Assembly: GCA_016840085.1 (NCBI GenBank) | Contig: JAEOTA010000054.1 | Span: forward strand, 1-64,000 | From: Promethearchaeota archaeon | GTDB lineage: Archaea > Asgardarchaeota > Lokiarchaeia > Sigyniarchaeales > SOKP01 | Length of the DNA: 64,000 nt | Reading direction: 5' to 3' | Shown here: one piece after another, positions 9,883-20,138 of the stretch | Numbering within the stretch: the first letter of the stretch is position 1 | Layout of the letters: every line of letters begins with the position of its first letter | Translations under genes and position numbers: made by a program | The notes under the pieces: model-generated | The model's database searches: none | Seen by the model: the letters and a program-made list of their open reading frames with translations, nothing else | What the model was told of the DNA's origin: nothing

Positions 9883-10380
9883 CTATTTTAAGAAGAATTC
9901 GATAATATTTCCTTTTTCCACAACAGAATTTTTATCAGAACAAGGTTTACCATTAAGTAAAATTAATAGTTCTCTTTTATCATTGGGAATCCTAAACTTT
10001 TTTAATATTGAGTTAATTGTAGATCCATTAGGTAGATTAACAATTGCTTCAGCTAAACCATATTTTCTCAAATCATCAGATAATTTTATTGTTATTTGTA
10101 TAGAATTAGAAAGTGGTATTTCTGCAAACATTATTCCCATTCTTTTTGGAAATAAACCTATTCTATCACCGTCTTTGATTTTTATTCCTAACCCACATAG
10201 ATTTCCATTTACAAAAGTATGGCTAATTTCATTTTCTTCAATATTAAATTTCTTAAGAATATCTAAAATAGTTCTTGAATTATCAATTTCAATCTCTATA
10301 GTTTTAGGTATTCCATTGTATTCCTTTTCTAAAGAGATTTTTTTTTTTAAGTCTCCATATAGCTTTATAATTATCGACAT
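9883..10380 (-). CDS. Tandem MoaD/ThiS-like (ubiquitin-fold) two-domain protein
   Basis: Two repeats: IKLYGDLK...FVNG...IKDGDRIGLFP and IKLSDDLR...LLNG...VEKGNIIEFF; no C-terminal GG. Confidence 0.8.
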   Translation of the reverse strand: MSIIIKLYGDLKKKISLEKEYNGIPKTIEIEIDNSRTILDILKKFNIEENEISHTFVNGNLCGLGIKIKDGDRIGLFPKRMGIMFAEIPLSNSIQITIKLSDDLRKYGLAEAIVNLPNGSTINSILKKFRIPNDKRELLILLNGKPCSDKNSVVEKGNIIEFFLK

Positions 10381-10546
10381 ATTTTTTACTTTTTAATGAG
10401 AGAGATACATATTTATAATATTTAATATGTGAGAAATCTAATTAATTCAGTAAGTAGATTATCTCTTCAAAAGTCTAACAAGCTATAAGAAATTTAAATA
10501 TATCTTTTATATATTAAAAATTAGTGTTAAATCTAATATTTAGAAA

Positions 10547-11095
10547 TTAAATCTCGACACTTTGAACAAAAATATCGATTGATTGCTCTAAATCTATAAT
10601 ATCATCGATATCTTTGATCTCACTTGAAGCTAATTTTGCGAGAAATTCTTTCAAAAGTTTCTCTTTAGATTTATCGGTAGGAAATAGGAGACTGCTCTTG
10701 TAATGCTCATAATCAAGTATATTAGTAAATATCAAAAACAAAATTTCAACGTGCGAATAATCAACAAGAGCCTGTAATTTATCTTTGGTTATCATTATTT
10801 TAGTGTGATCAGTATAAAAATCTGAAAGATCATCATAATAATTAGTAATTCGGGCAATGTTATCAAGCTGTGCGTGTAATGCTGCTTGATTAATAGGACT
10901 TTCTTCATCTTTATATAATATATCGAAATATTTCATTATGAAATCTTTCAATTTCTGTAGTTTAGTCTGGAATACCCTTGTTTTTACAATTCTTTCAAAC
11001 ATAGGTGAAGCCAAATCCTGATAGAAACGAAGTTCGAATTTAACTATATCTAAAATGTCAAAGAACAATTCTCTAATGTTAATCTCTTCAGACAT
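10547..11095 (-). CDS. Hypothetical protein
   Basis: 182-aa ORF, helical/acidic composition. Confidence 0.7.
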   Translation of the reverse strand: MSEEINIRELFFDILDIVKFELRFYQDLASPMFERIVKTRVFQTKLQKLKDFIMKYFDILYKDEESPINQAALHAQLDNIARITNYYDDLSDFYTDHTKIMITKDKLQALVDYSHVEILFLIFTNILDYEHYKSSLLFPTDKSKEKLLKEFLAKLASSEIKDIDDIIDLEQSIDIFVQSVEI

Positions 11096-11225
11096 TTTTT
11101 ATACCTACTCTGCCATCTATTTACTTATATTATTACAATTCTAAATAAATTGAAAAATATTTATATTTTTAGATTTTGATTCTAAATTGATTTATATCTT
11201 TTTTTAGTATTAAACGATTTGTGGA

Positions 11226-12212
11226 TTAAATTCTTAAGGGAAAAGAGCGATCTGGGATTACGGGCTCAATTTTTTTAGAAATCATTCTAAACCTATCTTT
11301 TCTTTTTATCAATTTTTTAAAAGAAATTCCTTGGATATGAATTTTAACAATTCGAATAGGGCAGCGAATCATAAAGCTTAAATTATTTCGGGGAGATTTA
11401 CGCAATCTCAAGAAATTAGAAAAAAACTTACTAGCACTTTTCTGAAATCGTGGTTTCTCAAAAGATATAAACCGTTCAGCGATTTTTTTAAGGTTTTTTG
11501 TATCCCTAAAACAATAATAGTTTGAGGCTTTTAGAGACCACTTTATCGCTTCCAATTGGTACTTAGTAGGTTTAAGCTTTTTTAATTGGAAAATGAGAAT
11601 TGAAAAAAAAGAAATCATTAAGTTCATAACCATACTTTTGAACATTTCGAGAAATGTTATTTGGATTTTCGGTCTGATTTTACTTCTTAAGTCTTCACCA
11701 AAAAGAGTCGTACTATTTATAAGAATATTTCCTAACACAATATTGCGGGGAGCAAAAATACCTGAAAATACTTTATTTACCCTAAATATTTTGTGGAACA
11801 CAGCCTCTTCCCAATATCTCTTCTTAGTGAGAAAATGACTTACAAAGATTCCTGTTGACTGTTGAAGTACTCCCAAGATTTTTGTACTAAGTTTTGTATC
11901 AAATTCTCTAAAGTTATGTTTTATCTCAAGTGCAATAAAGTATTTTTCAATTTCCTTAATATGATGATTTGAAACTCTATCTTTAAAAATTATTAACAAA
12001 TCGCAATCTGAAACGGGTGTAGTCTCACTACTTTTTACTCTTTGGCTGCCAAATAAAAGAACTGATAAAATTTTATTAACACCAACTTCTCTATTGATCA
12101 GATTAATGATATCCTTAATATAATTATGTGATTGCTGATTTAAACCTTCTAAATTCCCAGAAATTTTATCTTTAATTTCCTTAGTAGTGCTTATTATATC
12201 TATGTCTTGCAC
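11226..12212 (-). CDS. Pol-beta-like nucleotidyltransferase domain protein
   Basis: LLFGSQ...SDCDLLII (GS...DxD) followed by a helical C-terminal domain. Confidence 0.75.
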   Translation of the reverse strand: MQDIDIISTTKEIKDKISGNLEGLNQQSHNYIKDIINLINREVGVNKILSVLLFGSQRVKSSETTPVSDCDLLIIFKDRVSNHHIKEIEKYFIALEIKHNFREFDTKLSTKILGVLQQSTGIFVSHFLTKKRYWEEAVFHKIFRVNKVFSGIFAPRNIVLGNILINSTTLFGEDLRSKIRPKIQITFLEMFKSMVMNLMISFFSILIFQLKKLKPTKYQLEAIKWSLKASNYYCFRDTKNLKKIAERFISFEKPRFQKSASKFFSNFLRLRKSPRNNLSFMIRCPIRIVKIHIQGISFKKLIKRKDRFRMISKKIEPVIPDRSFPLRI

Positions 12213-12345
12213 TTTGAATCAATAAGGCAATTTTGATGTTAATTATTGAGTTTTTCTATTTTTTCTTATCGATAAAGAATTATTAATATAATAAAAATAT
12301 TAAATATATTTAGCTATTTTAAAGACTCTTTAGATGGGTTAATAA

Positions 12346-14361
12346 CTATTTATCAAGATTATAAGCTGTCTCAAATCCTTCATGAATTGCTTCCATCATT
12401 GTTCGAGGTTCTTTACAATCTCCTATTTTATACATTTTAAATGGTGGATTTGTAGCTTTGATCTTATCATATAATTCTGAATTAGGCTTAACACCTGTGG
12501 CTAATATAAACGTATCAATGTTTTCTAATGATTTTTTTTCACCTTCAATTTCAAATTCCATAGTTTTTCCTTCGAATCTTGTAATATTCGCTCCTGTAAT
12601 TGTTTTTATTCCCAATTTCATTGTATGACCAATCATAAAACCGCGAGTTGTTCTCCCAAGATTGAGGCCTAATTTCGGGAGTTTGTCAATTATTGTTACA
12701 CTTCTATTACCTCTAAGCCACTTATCCATAACTTCTTCTCGAGGAATTAAATCATAAAAACTTATAAATCGTGCTATCTCTGAATCTAAAGTTCCTAATT
12801 CGGCAGCCCAAATTGCTGTTTCCATACCCGTTGCTGAACCTCCCACAACTACTACATTTTTTCCTACGGGATAATCTCCCGCAAGGGCATCATCAGCAAA
12901 GTAAATGGTACTTCCAAGACTTCCATCAATACCAGGAATATCAGGAATATCAAACTTAACTCCTGTCGCGAATATAACCGCATTTGGATTGTATTCATTG
13001 ATTTTTTCCAAGGTTGCTTCTGTATTAAGTTGTAAATCAATATTACGGTGCATAATTTGAGCTCTGTAATAATCAATAATTTCAGTCATTTCTCTTCGTC
13101 CTGGAGGAACCATTGCTGCATTCATTTGACCGCCTATCTCATCCCTTTTCTCCAAAATCGTAGCATTATGACCTAATAATGTAGCTACACGAGCTGCTTC
13201 TAATCCCGCTGGTCCACTTCCAATAATCACTACTTTCATAGGTTGATCGGTTTTTTTATCAAGATCATACTTACCTTCACGTGAAGCAAGATAATTTTGC
13301 ATACATTCAACAGACTTCCCTGTAAAAATATGATCAAAGCAGCCCTGATTACAAGCGACACATTTTCTAATATCCCACAATTTATTCTCTTTAGCTTTAT
13401 TAGGTAAATAAGGATCTGCGATGAGTCCCCTTCCCATACAGATAGCATCTGCCCATTCATTTCTTAAAATTCGTTCAGCAAGAACTGGATCATTAATTCG
13501 ATTGGCAGAAAATACGGGGGCACTAACATTTCTCTTAACATTTTCCGCTAAATAAGCATATGCTCCTGCAGGTACCATCATAGGGAGTTGAGGAATTCTA
13601 GTTTCATGCCATCCTCCAGTTACATTAATATAATCAACCCCTGCATCATCATAATATTTTGCAAATACAGCAGTCTCTTTATACGTATTAGAGCCCGGGA
13701 CAAAATCATCTCCCGCGACTCGCATTCCTACTAAGATATCCTTTCCTACTCTTTCTTTGACCAGATTTATTAATTCCAAAGGGTATCTAAGACGATTTTC
13801 TAATGAACCCCCATATTCATCAGTTCGTTTATTAGTCATTGGACTAAGAAATTGATTTATAAGGTATCCGGCTGATCCCAATAACTCTACTCCATCAAAA
13901 CCAGCTTCTCTTACTCTTTCTGCTGCTAGTGCATGATTTTCTTGAACTTCTTTTATTTCATCAATTGTTAATTCTTTAGGAACCCTCCTCGTTAAATTTG
14001 ACATAACTGCTGAAGAAGAAACCATACCTGGCATACCTGAATATGCACCTGCGTGGTATAATTGAACAATGGTCTTTGCGCCATGTTTATGCATTTCTTC
14101 TGCAAATCTAGTATAGCCTGGAATATGTTTATCATCATCAATCGACAACATTGTTGGACCTCCACCTCTGGCTTCTACAGCACATCCTCCGAGGATTATA
14201 AGTCCAACTCCCCCTTTAGCTCTTTCTTCATAGAAATTAATAGTCTTATCATTTACTGTTTGATCACGAGAAAAATTAAGTGCCATAGCTGGCAGTACAA
14301 GTCTATTGCGAATTTCTACATCTCTTATTTTTAATGGTTCAAAAAGTTTTATAAACTTCAT
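12346..14361 (-). CDS. NADH:flavin oxidoreductase / 2,4-dienoyl-CoA reductase-like (OYE barrel, 4Fe-4S, FAD domain)
   Basis: RNRLVLPAM, GYLINQFLSP..NKRTDEYGGS, CVACNQGC, IIGSGPAGLEAA. Confidence 0.9.
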   Translation of the reverse strand: MKFIKLFEPLKIRDVEIRNRLVLPAMALNFSRDQTVNDKTINFYEERAKGGVGLIILGGCAVEARGGGPTMLSIDDDKHIPGYTRFAEEMHKHGAKTIVQLYHAGAYSGMPGMVSSSAVMSNLTRRVPKELTIDEIKEVQENHALAAERVREAGFDGVELLGSAGYLINQFLSPMTNKRTDEYGGSLENRLRYPLELINLVKERVGKDILVGMRVAGDDFVPGSNTYKETAVFAKYYDDAGVDYINVTGGWHETRIPQLPMMVPAGAYAYLAENVKRNVSAPVFSANRINDPVLAERILRNEWADAICMGRGLIADPYLPNKAKENKLWDIRKCVACNQGCFDHIFTGKSVECMQNYLASREGKYDLDKKTDQPMKVVIIGSGPAGLEAARVATLLGHNATILEKRDEIGGQMNAAMVPPGRREMTEIIDYYRAQIMHRNIDLQLNTEATLEKINEYNPNAVIFATGVKFDIPDIPGIDGSLGSTIYFADDALAGDYPVGKNVVVVGGSATGMETAIWAAELGTLDSEIARFISFYDLIPREEVMDKWLRGNRSVTIIDKLPKLGLNLGRTTRGFMIGHTMKLGIKTITGANITRFEGKTMEFEIEGEKKSLENIDTFILATGVKPNSELYDKIKATNPPFKMYKIGDCKEPRTMMEAIHEGFETAYNLDK

Positions 14362-14482
14362 AATTTTAATATTCTCAATTTTAAATTTTAGATATTAATA
14401 ATCTTGAATCTTTATATGAATTTTAAATTTTTTATAGAAAAAAAACTTGAAATCAGAGTGTTAAAGAACGGAATAATAGGAT

Positions 14483-15274
14483 CTAACGGAAATAGGAATC
14501 CGCACCTCGATCTTCTGGAATTTGTTTCATGAAATGGTCAGCTTGTTTTTTAAATGATTCAAATATGTGCTCCATTTCCTTAATTTTCTCATTAAGTTTA
14601 CTAAAGTCCATCTCTATTGAAAAGTAATCTTTTAATAAAGAAACTAAGGCTTTTGATGAACGAGGATCTAACGTCATCATTGGTAACGGTAAAGTTTCTG
14701 CTAAAAGGCATATTCCTGGAGCAAAGTTATTTGTACCAGCATAAGCAGGTAAAATTCCATTTGCTCCTGAAATATATCCTCCCTCGTATATTTTTGTATT
14801 ATCAAATTCAAGGAAGGATTGGACTAAATCTTGGTCCGTGCCACAAACATATACTAATGGACTATCATGAACTATGTCGGAGATCATAGCTCCTGTACTT
14901 ACATACATTTTAATTTTTCCCCCAGTTATTTTTTGCATTTCTTCGCAAAACACTTTTGAGAATTCAAAAACCCCTTCTGGAGTTTGAGGTTGATAGGAGC
15001 CTGTCAAAATAAAAAAATCATTTCCGTTTTCATTATCTCTTGGTTTATAATAGATTTTTGCCGTAGGACTTTCAAGATTTCCTTTTTCAACAGTCGCTTT
15101 CGGTGGAAAATCAAAATATTGAATACTCATAAATTCATCGGCATTAATTGAATCTTTAATAGAAGTGATTGCAAGCTTAGCAACCAATGCTATTCCTGGC
15201 CATCCTATTAGAACAACAGGATTGTTAATACTTTCAGTCTCTAATTCAAATTTTTTTTCTATATTGATATACAT
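14483..15274 (-). CDS. PAC2 family proteasome assembly chaperone
   Basis: LIGWPGIALVAKLA, QPQTPEG, ISGANG, CLLAET, DPRSS, C-terminal YFR. Confidence 0.85.
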   Translation of the reverse strand: MYINIEKKFELETESINNPVVLIGWPGIALVAKLAITSIKDSINADEFMSIQYFDFPPKATVEKGNLESPTAKIYYKPRDNENGNDFFILTGSYQPQTPEGVFEFSKVFCEEMQKITGGKIKMYVSTGAMISDIVHDSPLVYVCGTDQDLVQSFLEFDNTKIYEGGYISGANGILPAYAGTNNFAPGICLLAETLPLPMMTLDPRSSKALVSLLKDYFSIEMDFSKLNEKIKEMEHIFESFKKQADHFMKQIPEDRGADSYFR

Positions 15275-15292
15275 TTTTTATTAATCCTTTTA

Positions 15293-16390
15293 TCATCCGT
15301 TATCTATAAATGAAAGAACTTCCCCACAATTAGGACAGAATTTTTTTGGGGTTTTTATTAAATATCCACAGAAGGGACAATAAAATTGATCCTCTATTTG
15401 CAGTCTTGGTGGTGTTATAGGACTCTTCACTTCTTCCAATTCTTGAGTTTTTTGTATAGGTTGTTGATATGGATCGTGGTATACCTCTCTGACTGGATAA
15501 TAACGTGTTTGATACTGATATCCTAAATCTTTTTTAGCTTTTAAAGTAGTGAATAATGATGTTAGGATACAAATAAAGAGTGGAGCTAAAATAATTTCTA
15601 TAAGGTTTATTAGAATTTGATAGAGAATTATCATTCCATAATTTCTTGTTTCAGGATTTAACCACGAATCATGTATAGATGAAAAATTATCAACACTAGT
15701 ATATATGACGAAATCTATAATAAAATTATAAATCAATCCTATTATAAAGATTATAATAAAATTAACTATAAAGACTCCAATTATTTTCCAGAATGAACCT
15801 TTAGCAATTGTTCGAGCTTCTGAAATAGGATTTTGAACATTTTCCATATTGTAAGTAAACACTAGAAAGATAAAAAAGCCAAAGATAATAATAGCTGGAA
15901 TAAACAATAATATACCTCCTAATGGCAAACATATCCCAATAATAAGAATTGGAAAGAATATCTTTTTATTGAAGGCTGATTTGAATGATTCTCCAAACTT
16001 TGTGTCTATCCACATCTGTCTTTTATAAACGTAATTACTAACGGAACACATAGCGATTGTAATAACTACAGCTCCAATTAGATTTTGAAGGAAAAGAAGG
16101 GCAATATTCAGAAAAAGAAACGAGGATAATAGATTCCACTCACTTTCTGTGATAGGAACATCTTCTAAAAATTTATTCAAGATTTCTGTAGTTGTTATTT
16201 CTAAAGAATTAATATACAATCTAAGATCAGTTAATAAAAAGATATTTAGAATTATTAATATGACTTGAAATAACGCAAGAGGTAAAATTAAAGTTTTATA
16301 ATTTTGACGAAATAATTTAAATCCCCCTGCAATTATTTCCGAGAAACGCTTTTTTGCTAATCTGATTAATCTATCTTCACTGTCAGCCAT
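15293..16390 (-). CDS. Multi-pass membrane protein with C-terminal zinc ribbon
   Basis: ~6 TM segments; CPFCG...FCPNCG. Confidence 0.8.
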   Translation of the reverse strand: MADSEDRLIRLAKKRFSEIIAGGFKLFRQNYKTLILPLALFQVILIILNIFLLTDLRLYINSLEITTTEILNKFLEDVPITESEWNLLSSFLFLNIALLFLQNLIGAVVITIAMCSVSNYVYKRQMWIDTKFGESFKSAFNKKIFFPILIIGICLPLGGILLFIPAIIIFGFFIFLVFTYNMENVQNPISEARTIAKGSFWKIIGVFIVNFIIIFIIGLIYNFIIDFVIYTSVDNFSSIHDSWLNPETRNYGMIILYQILINLIEIILAPLFICILTSLFTTLKAKKDLGYQYQTRYYPVREVYHDPYQQPIQKTQELEEVKSPITPPRLQIEDQFYCPFCGYLIKTPKKFCPNCGEVLSFIDNG

Positions 16391-16503
16391 AACAAAAAAA
16401 GTAGTGGTTTACATAAAAATATAATTATACGATTTATTCATTACACTAGAAGTAAATTTTTCAAATAAGTATTACTCTCATAAATTTTATTATATAACTA
16501 TTT

Positions 16504-18414
16504 ATGTATGTGCAGAAACAGCCAACTCGTCAAATTCCCGGTTTTATATCTTACTTGGAGTTGTTTTCATCGAAACGTTTAGCATATTCTCTATTTTTTG
16601 GAATACCTTTTGCCTTTGGTTTATTATCACTTACATTCAATACTATATTTACTGGAACTTTTGATTTACTACATTTTATCCGATATTTTATATTCTTTTT
16701 ATTACTCTCTGTATCTGGCACTTTGTTTTCTATTTTTTTTTATTCTAAAAAATGTCCAATTTTACGACTACCACCAAAAGGATGGGCTCTACAAATAAAT
16801 GTCTTTTTTTGTGCGATTATGGGTTTTACATTTATTTTTGGTAAAATATTAGCAATAATCCTGAATAATCCGACATTTCAAGAAGTTTTTTTTATATTAG
16901 GCGCTATTCTCTCTTATATTGTAGCATTTGTAGTCTATTTTTCGTTTACCACCGTCGGTAGACCTGGCTACTTAATACTGGCTCTTGTTCAACCAGTAGT
17001 AGCTATTATTCTCTATAGTGTGTATAAGTATTGGTGGGATTATTCATTGGCTAATGTAATTGCTTATTCATTCTTTTTTTTAATTAAAGCAATGATTTTT
17101 TTGGTAATTTGTGCGCTTCTATTTGCTATTCCTTATAGAAAAGGGTTATTTCAAGTTAGTAATGTATATAAAGAAGCAACTGGAATGGGGGGATATCCCT
17201 TTATTAGAGCTTTTATCCTTTCAATGATGACAGATGGTAATGATGAATTAATTGAAGATTATTTCGATAAAGTGGGAATTAAATCAAAAATAAGAATTCA
17301 ATATTTATTTGTTCGTAGTTTAGAATCAAATAAGATTAAAGGATTATTTATCGTCCCACATACTCACTTTGGTCCTTTTAAAACTTGTGGTTCATCAGAT
17401 TTGCCTGAGCATATTTATAAATCATTTAACTATATTCCAGGAACTACAGTCTATCACACAACAAATGACCATACTCAGAATTTAACAACTCAAAGTTATG
17501 TTGAACAAATTATTGAGAGAATTAAAAATGATATTAATGAAGTACAAAATATTGATAATACAAATTGGATTAAAGAAATAACAGATTTCAATCGAAAAAT
17601 TTCAAATTCTGCTAAATTAATAGGTATGGAGGTTGCAAATGTCCCAATTGTGTTTATAACGAGACATCCACTCCCTTCTGATGATATTGAAGCAAGTATT
17701 GGAGAAGAAATTAGAGAAATAGCTATTGCTAATGATCATAAGGATATAGTTATCATAGATTCTCATAATGCTATAATTGGAGATGAAATCTTGATAAAAA
17801 AAAATTCAATTGAAGCTCAAGATTTAATTGATGTCTCAAAAAAGTACATTACAAGTAAGAAAGTTCATAATAGTCAAAAAGCTCAGATGCTATATGGGGT
17901 AGCAAAAGATCCAATAGAAGAATACACAGAAAAAGATGGCATCGGCATTGGCGGGATTGTCGTTCATTTATTTAAAAATATTAATACTGACCAAAAAACA
18001 GCGTTAATACATTTTGATAGTAATAATGCGTTTGTAGATATCCGGTCCAATATTCTAAATATGTTACAAAATAGAGGCATAGAACGAGGGGAAATTACCA
18101 CATCTGATTCTCATACTGTTGCCAGACAATTCTCTAATAGAGGTTACTCCCCACTAGGTCAAAGAATTACCGTTGACTTCATTCTAAAAAAAATAGATTC
18201 TTTACTCCAAGAAGCAGAAAGTGATTTAGAACCAGTTGAATTTTATTACAGTGATTCAAAAGTAGATGATATTAAGATCTGGGGAGACCCAAATTATTTT
18301 AATGCCATTATGGACACTCTAAGGGAATGCATTAAAGTCTCTCAAAGCCTTTTAACATTTAGCTTAATACTTCCTACTTTTTTATCATTTGTATTATTAT
18401 TTTTTTTAATATAA
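16504..18414 (+). CDS. DUF2070 family membrane protein
   Basis: N-terminal TMs; PHTHFGPF..GSSDLP, DSHN, DSNN, TSDSH motifs; C-terminal TM. Confidence 0.85.
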   Translation: MYVQKQPTRQIPGFISYLELFSSKRLAYSLFFGIPFAFGLLSLTFNTIFTGTFDLLHFIRYFIFFLLLSVSGTLFSIFFYSKKCPILRLPPKGWALQINVFFCAIMGFTFIFGKILAIILNNPTFQEVFFILGAILSYIVAFVVYFSFTTVGRPGYLILALVQPVVAIILYSVYKYWWDYSLANVIAYSFFFLIKAMIFLVICALLFAIPYRKGLFQVSNVYKEATGMGGYPFIRAFILSMMTDGNDELIEDYFDKVGIKSKIRIQYLFVRSLESNKIKGLFIVPHTHFGPFKTCGSSDLPEHIYKSFNYIPGTTVYHTTNDHTQNLTTQSYVEQIIERIKNDINEVQNIDNTNWIKEITDFNRKISNSAKLIGMEVANVPIVFITRHPLPSDDIEASIGEEIREIAIANDHKDIVIIDSHNAIIGDEILIKKNSIEAQDLIDVSKKYITSKKVHNSQKAQMLYGVAKDPIEEYTEKDGIGIGGIVVHLFKNINTDQKTALIHFDSNNAFVDIRSNILNMLQNRGIERGEITTSDSHTVARQFSNRGYSPLGQRITVDFILKKIDSLLQEAESDLEPVEFYYSDSKVDDIKIWGDPNYFNAIMDTLRECIKVSQSLLTFSLILPTFLSFVLLFFLI

Positions 18415-18430
18415 TAATTTAAACCATTCT

Positions 18431-18643
18431 CTGGAAGATGTTAAATTTTGGGGAGATCCATCGTATTTTAATGCAATATTAGATACATTGAAAGAATGCA
18501 TTAAGGTATCTCAAAGTTTATTATCAATCAGTTTAATAGCTCCAACATTCTTCTCATTAATTCTTTTGATATTTTTGTATACAATCTGGGTGATCTTGGG
18601 CTTTTTTAATATATTTTTAAAAAAAATTTTAAAATTTATATAA
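18431..18643 (+). pseudogene. Diverged second copy of the DUF2070 3' end
   Basis: EDVKFWGDPSYFNAILDTLKECIKVSQSLLSISLIAPTFFSLILL versus gene end DDIKIWGDPNYFNAIMDTLRECIKVSQSLLTFSLILPTFLSFVLL; different frame, no start. Confidence 0.85.
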
Positions 18644-18695
18644 TTCCGTCTCTTAATGTTTACTAATATAAACAAATAAAAAAAGTGTTTAAGAT

Positions 18696-19421
18696 ATGTC
18701 ATTGGAACCCTTAGATATTATTAACGGTGTTTTTTCTATAATTTTTGTGGCAATCTCCATAATGGTAGGTCTCATAATCTTATCAAGATATTTTAGATAC
18801 AGAGAGAGAGCTTATTTCTATGTTGGAAGTACATGGATGTTTTTGTCAAGTAGTTGGTGGCCATCATGCGTGTCTTTTTTAGTTGCGTTAAATAATGGTG
18901 TTGGAATCACTGAAGAGCTCTATTTTTTAATTGGAAATGTTTTTGTTCCTCTTGCAGTTGTTCTTTGGTTATTAGCATTTACTGAATTTCTCTATACTGA
19001 AAAACGCAAACAAATCCTAATGATTGTTGGAATTTATGGATTGTTGTTTGAAATTCTATTCTTCATATTTCTCTTTGTTAACCCAAATATAATAGGAGTT
19101 TTGAATCCTCCCGTTGATGTGAATTATAGATATTTCGTAATGTTTTTCCTGTTATCTTTTCTTGCCATTGTAGTAGTTACTGGTATTCTATTTGCTCGTT
19201 TATCTTTACAATCTGATGATCTTGAAGTTAAATTAAAAGGGAAATTACTGATAGTTGCTTATATTACTTTCACTGTGGGAGCATTATTAGACTCCTCAAT
19301 TCCTTTAAATGCTATTATTATAATTTTTACTAGATTAATATTAATAGCAAGTGCAATTTTTTGGTATGGGGGCTTTATACTTCCAAAATGGATGAGAAAA
19401 CTCTTCTTAAAAAAGAAATAG
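18696..19421 (+). CDS. ~7-TM integral membrane protein
   Basis: Seven hydrophobic segments, basic C-terminus. Confidence 0.8.
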   Translation: MSLEPLDIINGVFSIIFVAISIMVGLIILSRYFRYRERAYFYVGSTWMFLSSSWWPSCVSFLVALNNGVGITEELYFLIGNVFVPLAVVLWLLAFTEFLYTEKRKQILMIVGIYGLLFEILFFIFLFVNPNIIGVLNPPVDVNYRYFVMFFLLSFLAIVVVTGILFARLSLQSDDLEVKLKGKLLIVAYITFTVGALLDSSIPLNAIIIIFTRLILIASAIFWYGGFILPKWMRKLFLKKK

Positions 19422-19616
19422 ATTATTTTTAATTTTTTTTTATTAAATAATTGAATGACTCAGATTTGAAATTCCGTTCTATAAATATATATATTTACAA
19501 ATAGTAAAAGAGTCGATAAGTAGTATTAGCCAGAATAATATTTAGATATTATCCAGATTCATATTCTCTATTTATTCATTTTTTCTTAATAGGTCATTAA
19601 AGAAGTCATAATTAAT

Positions 19617-20138
19617 ATGTTAAGTTCTGAATTAGATAAGCTAGTGAAGGTTTCTTTAGTTGGCTTTCCGGCTACTGGTAAAACAACCATGGCGAAACTT
19701 TTATCAAAAAATGCAATAGATCGATTTTATATACCAACACATGGATTAGATTTAAAAACTATAAAATTTGATGACTATTTTCTAAGAGTTTGGGATTTAG
19801 GAGGTCAAAAATCGTATCTTAAGACTTATTCTAAAGATTACTTATTAGGTTCAGATTTAATTTTTGTAGTTACAGATTCAACACCACGAAATGTGTTAAA
19901 TTCAAGGGAACTCATAAACTATGCCTGTCATTTTGTAGGTGAAGAATGTCCAATTATTGCTATCGCCAATAAGCAAGATTTAAATGATGGACGTATGGAT
20001 GCAAAACGAGTTGAAGATCTTTTACATGTTAACACGTACGGGCTTACTGCAATCGATCCGGCAGAACGTTTGAAATTGCTTAACATAATTAAAAAAGAAT
20101 TAGAACATATAGCAATTAGGAGGGGATTAATAGAATGA
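19617..20138 (+). CDS. Small GTPase, Arf-like (Ras superfamily)
   Basis: G1 GFPATGKT, G2 PTHG, G3 WDLGGQ, G4 NKQD. Confidence 0.9.
   Translation: MLSSELDKLVKVSLVGFPATGKTTMAKLLSKNAIDRFYIPTHGLDLKTIKFDDYFLRVWDLGGQKSYLKTYSKDYLLGSDLIFVVTDSTPRNVLNSRELINYACHFVGEECPIIAIANKQDLNDGRMDAKRVEDLLHVNTYGLTAIDPAERLKLLNIIKKELEHIAIRRGLIE

Noticed and set aside
18262-18590. DUF2070 3' repeat as a diversity-generating retroelement TR/VR pair
   Set aside because: Differences are not adenine-specific (many C/T synonymous changes) and there is no reverse transcriptase in the window
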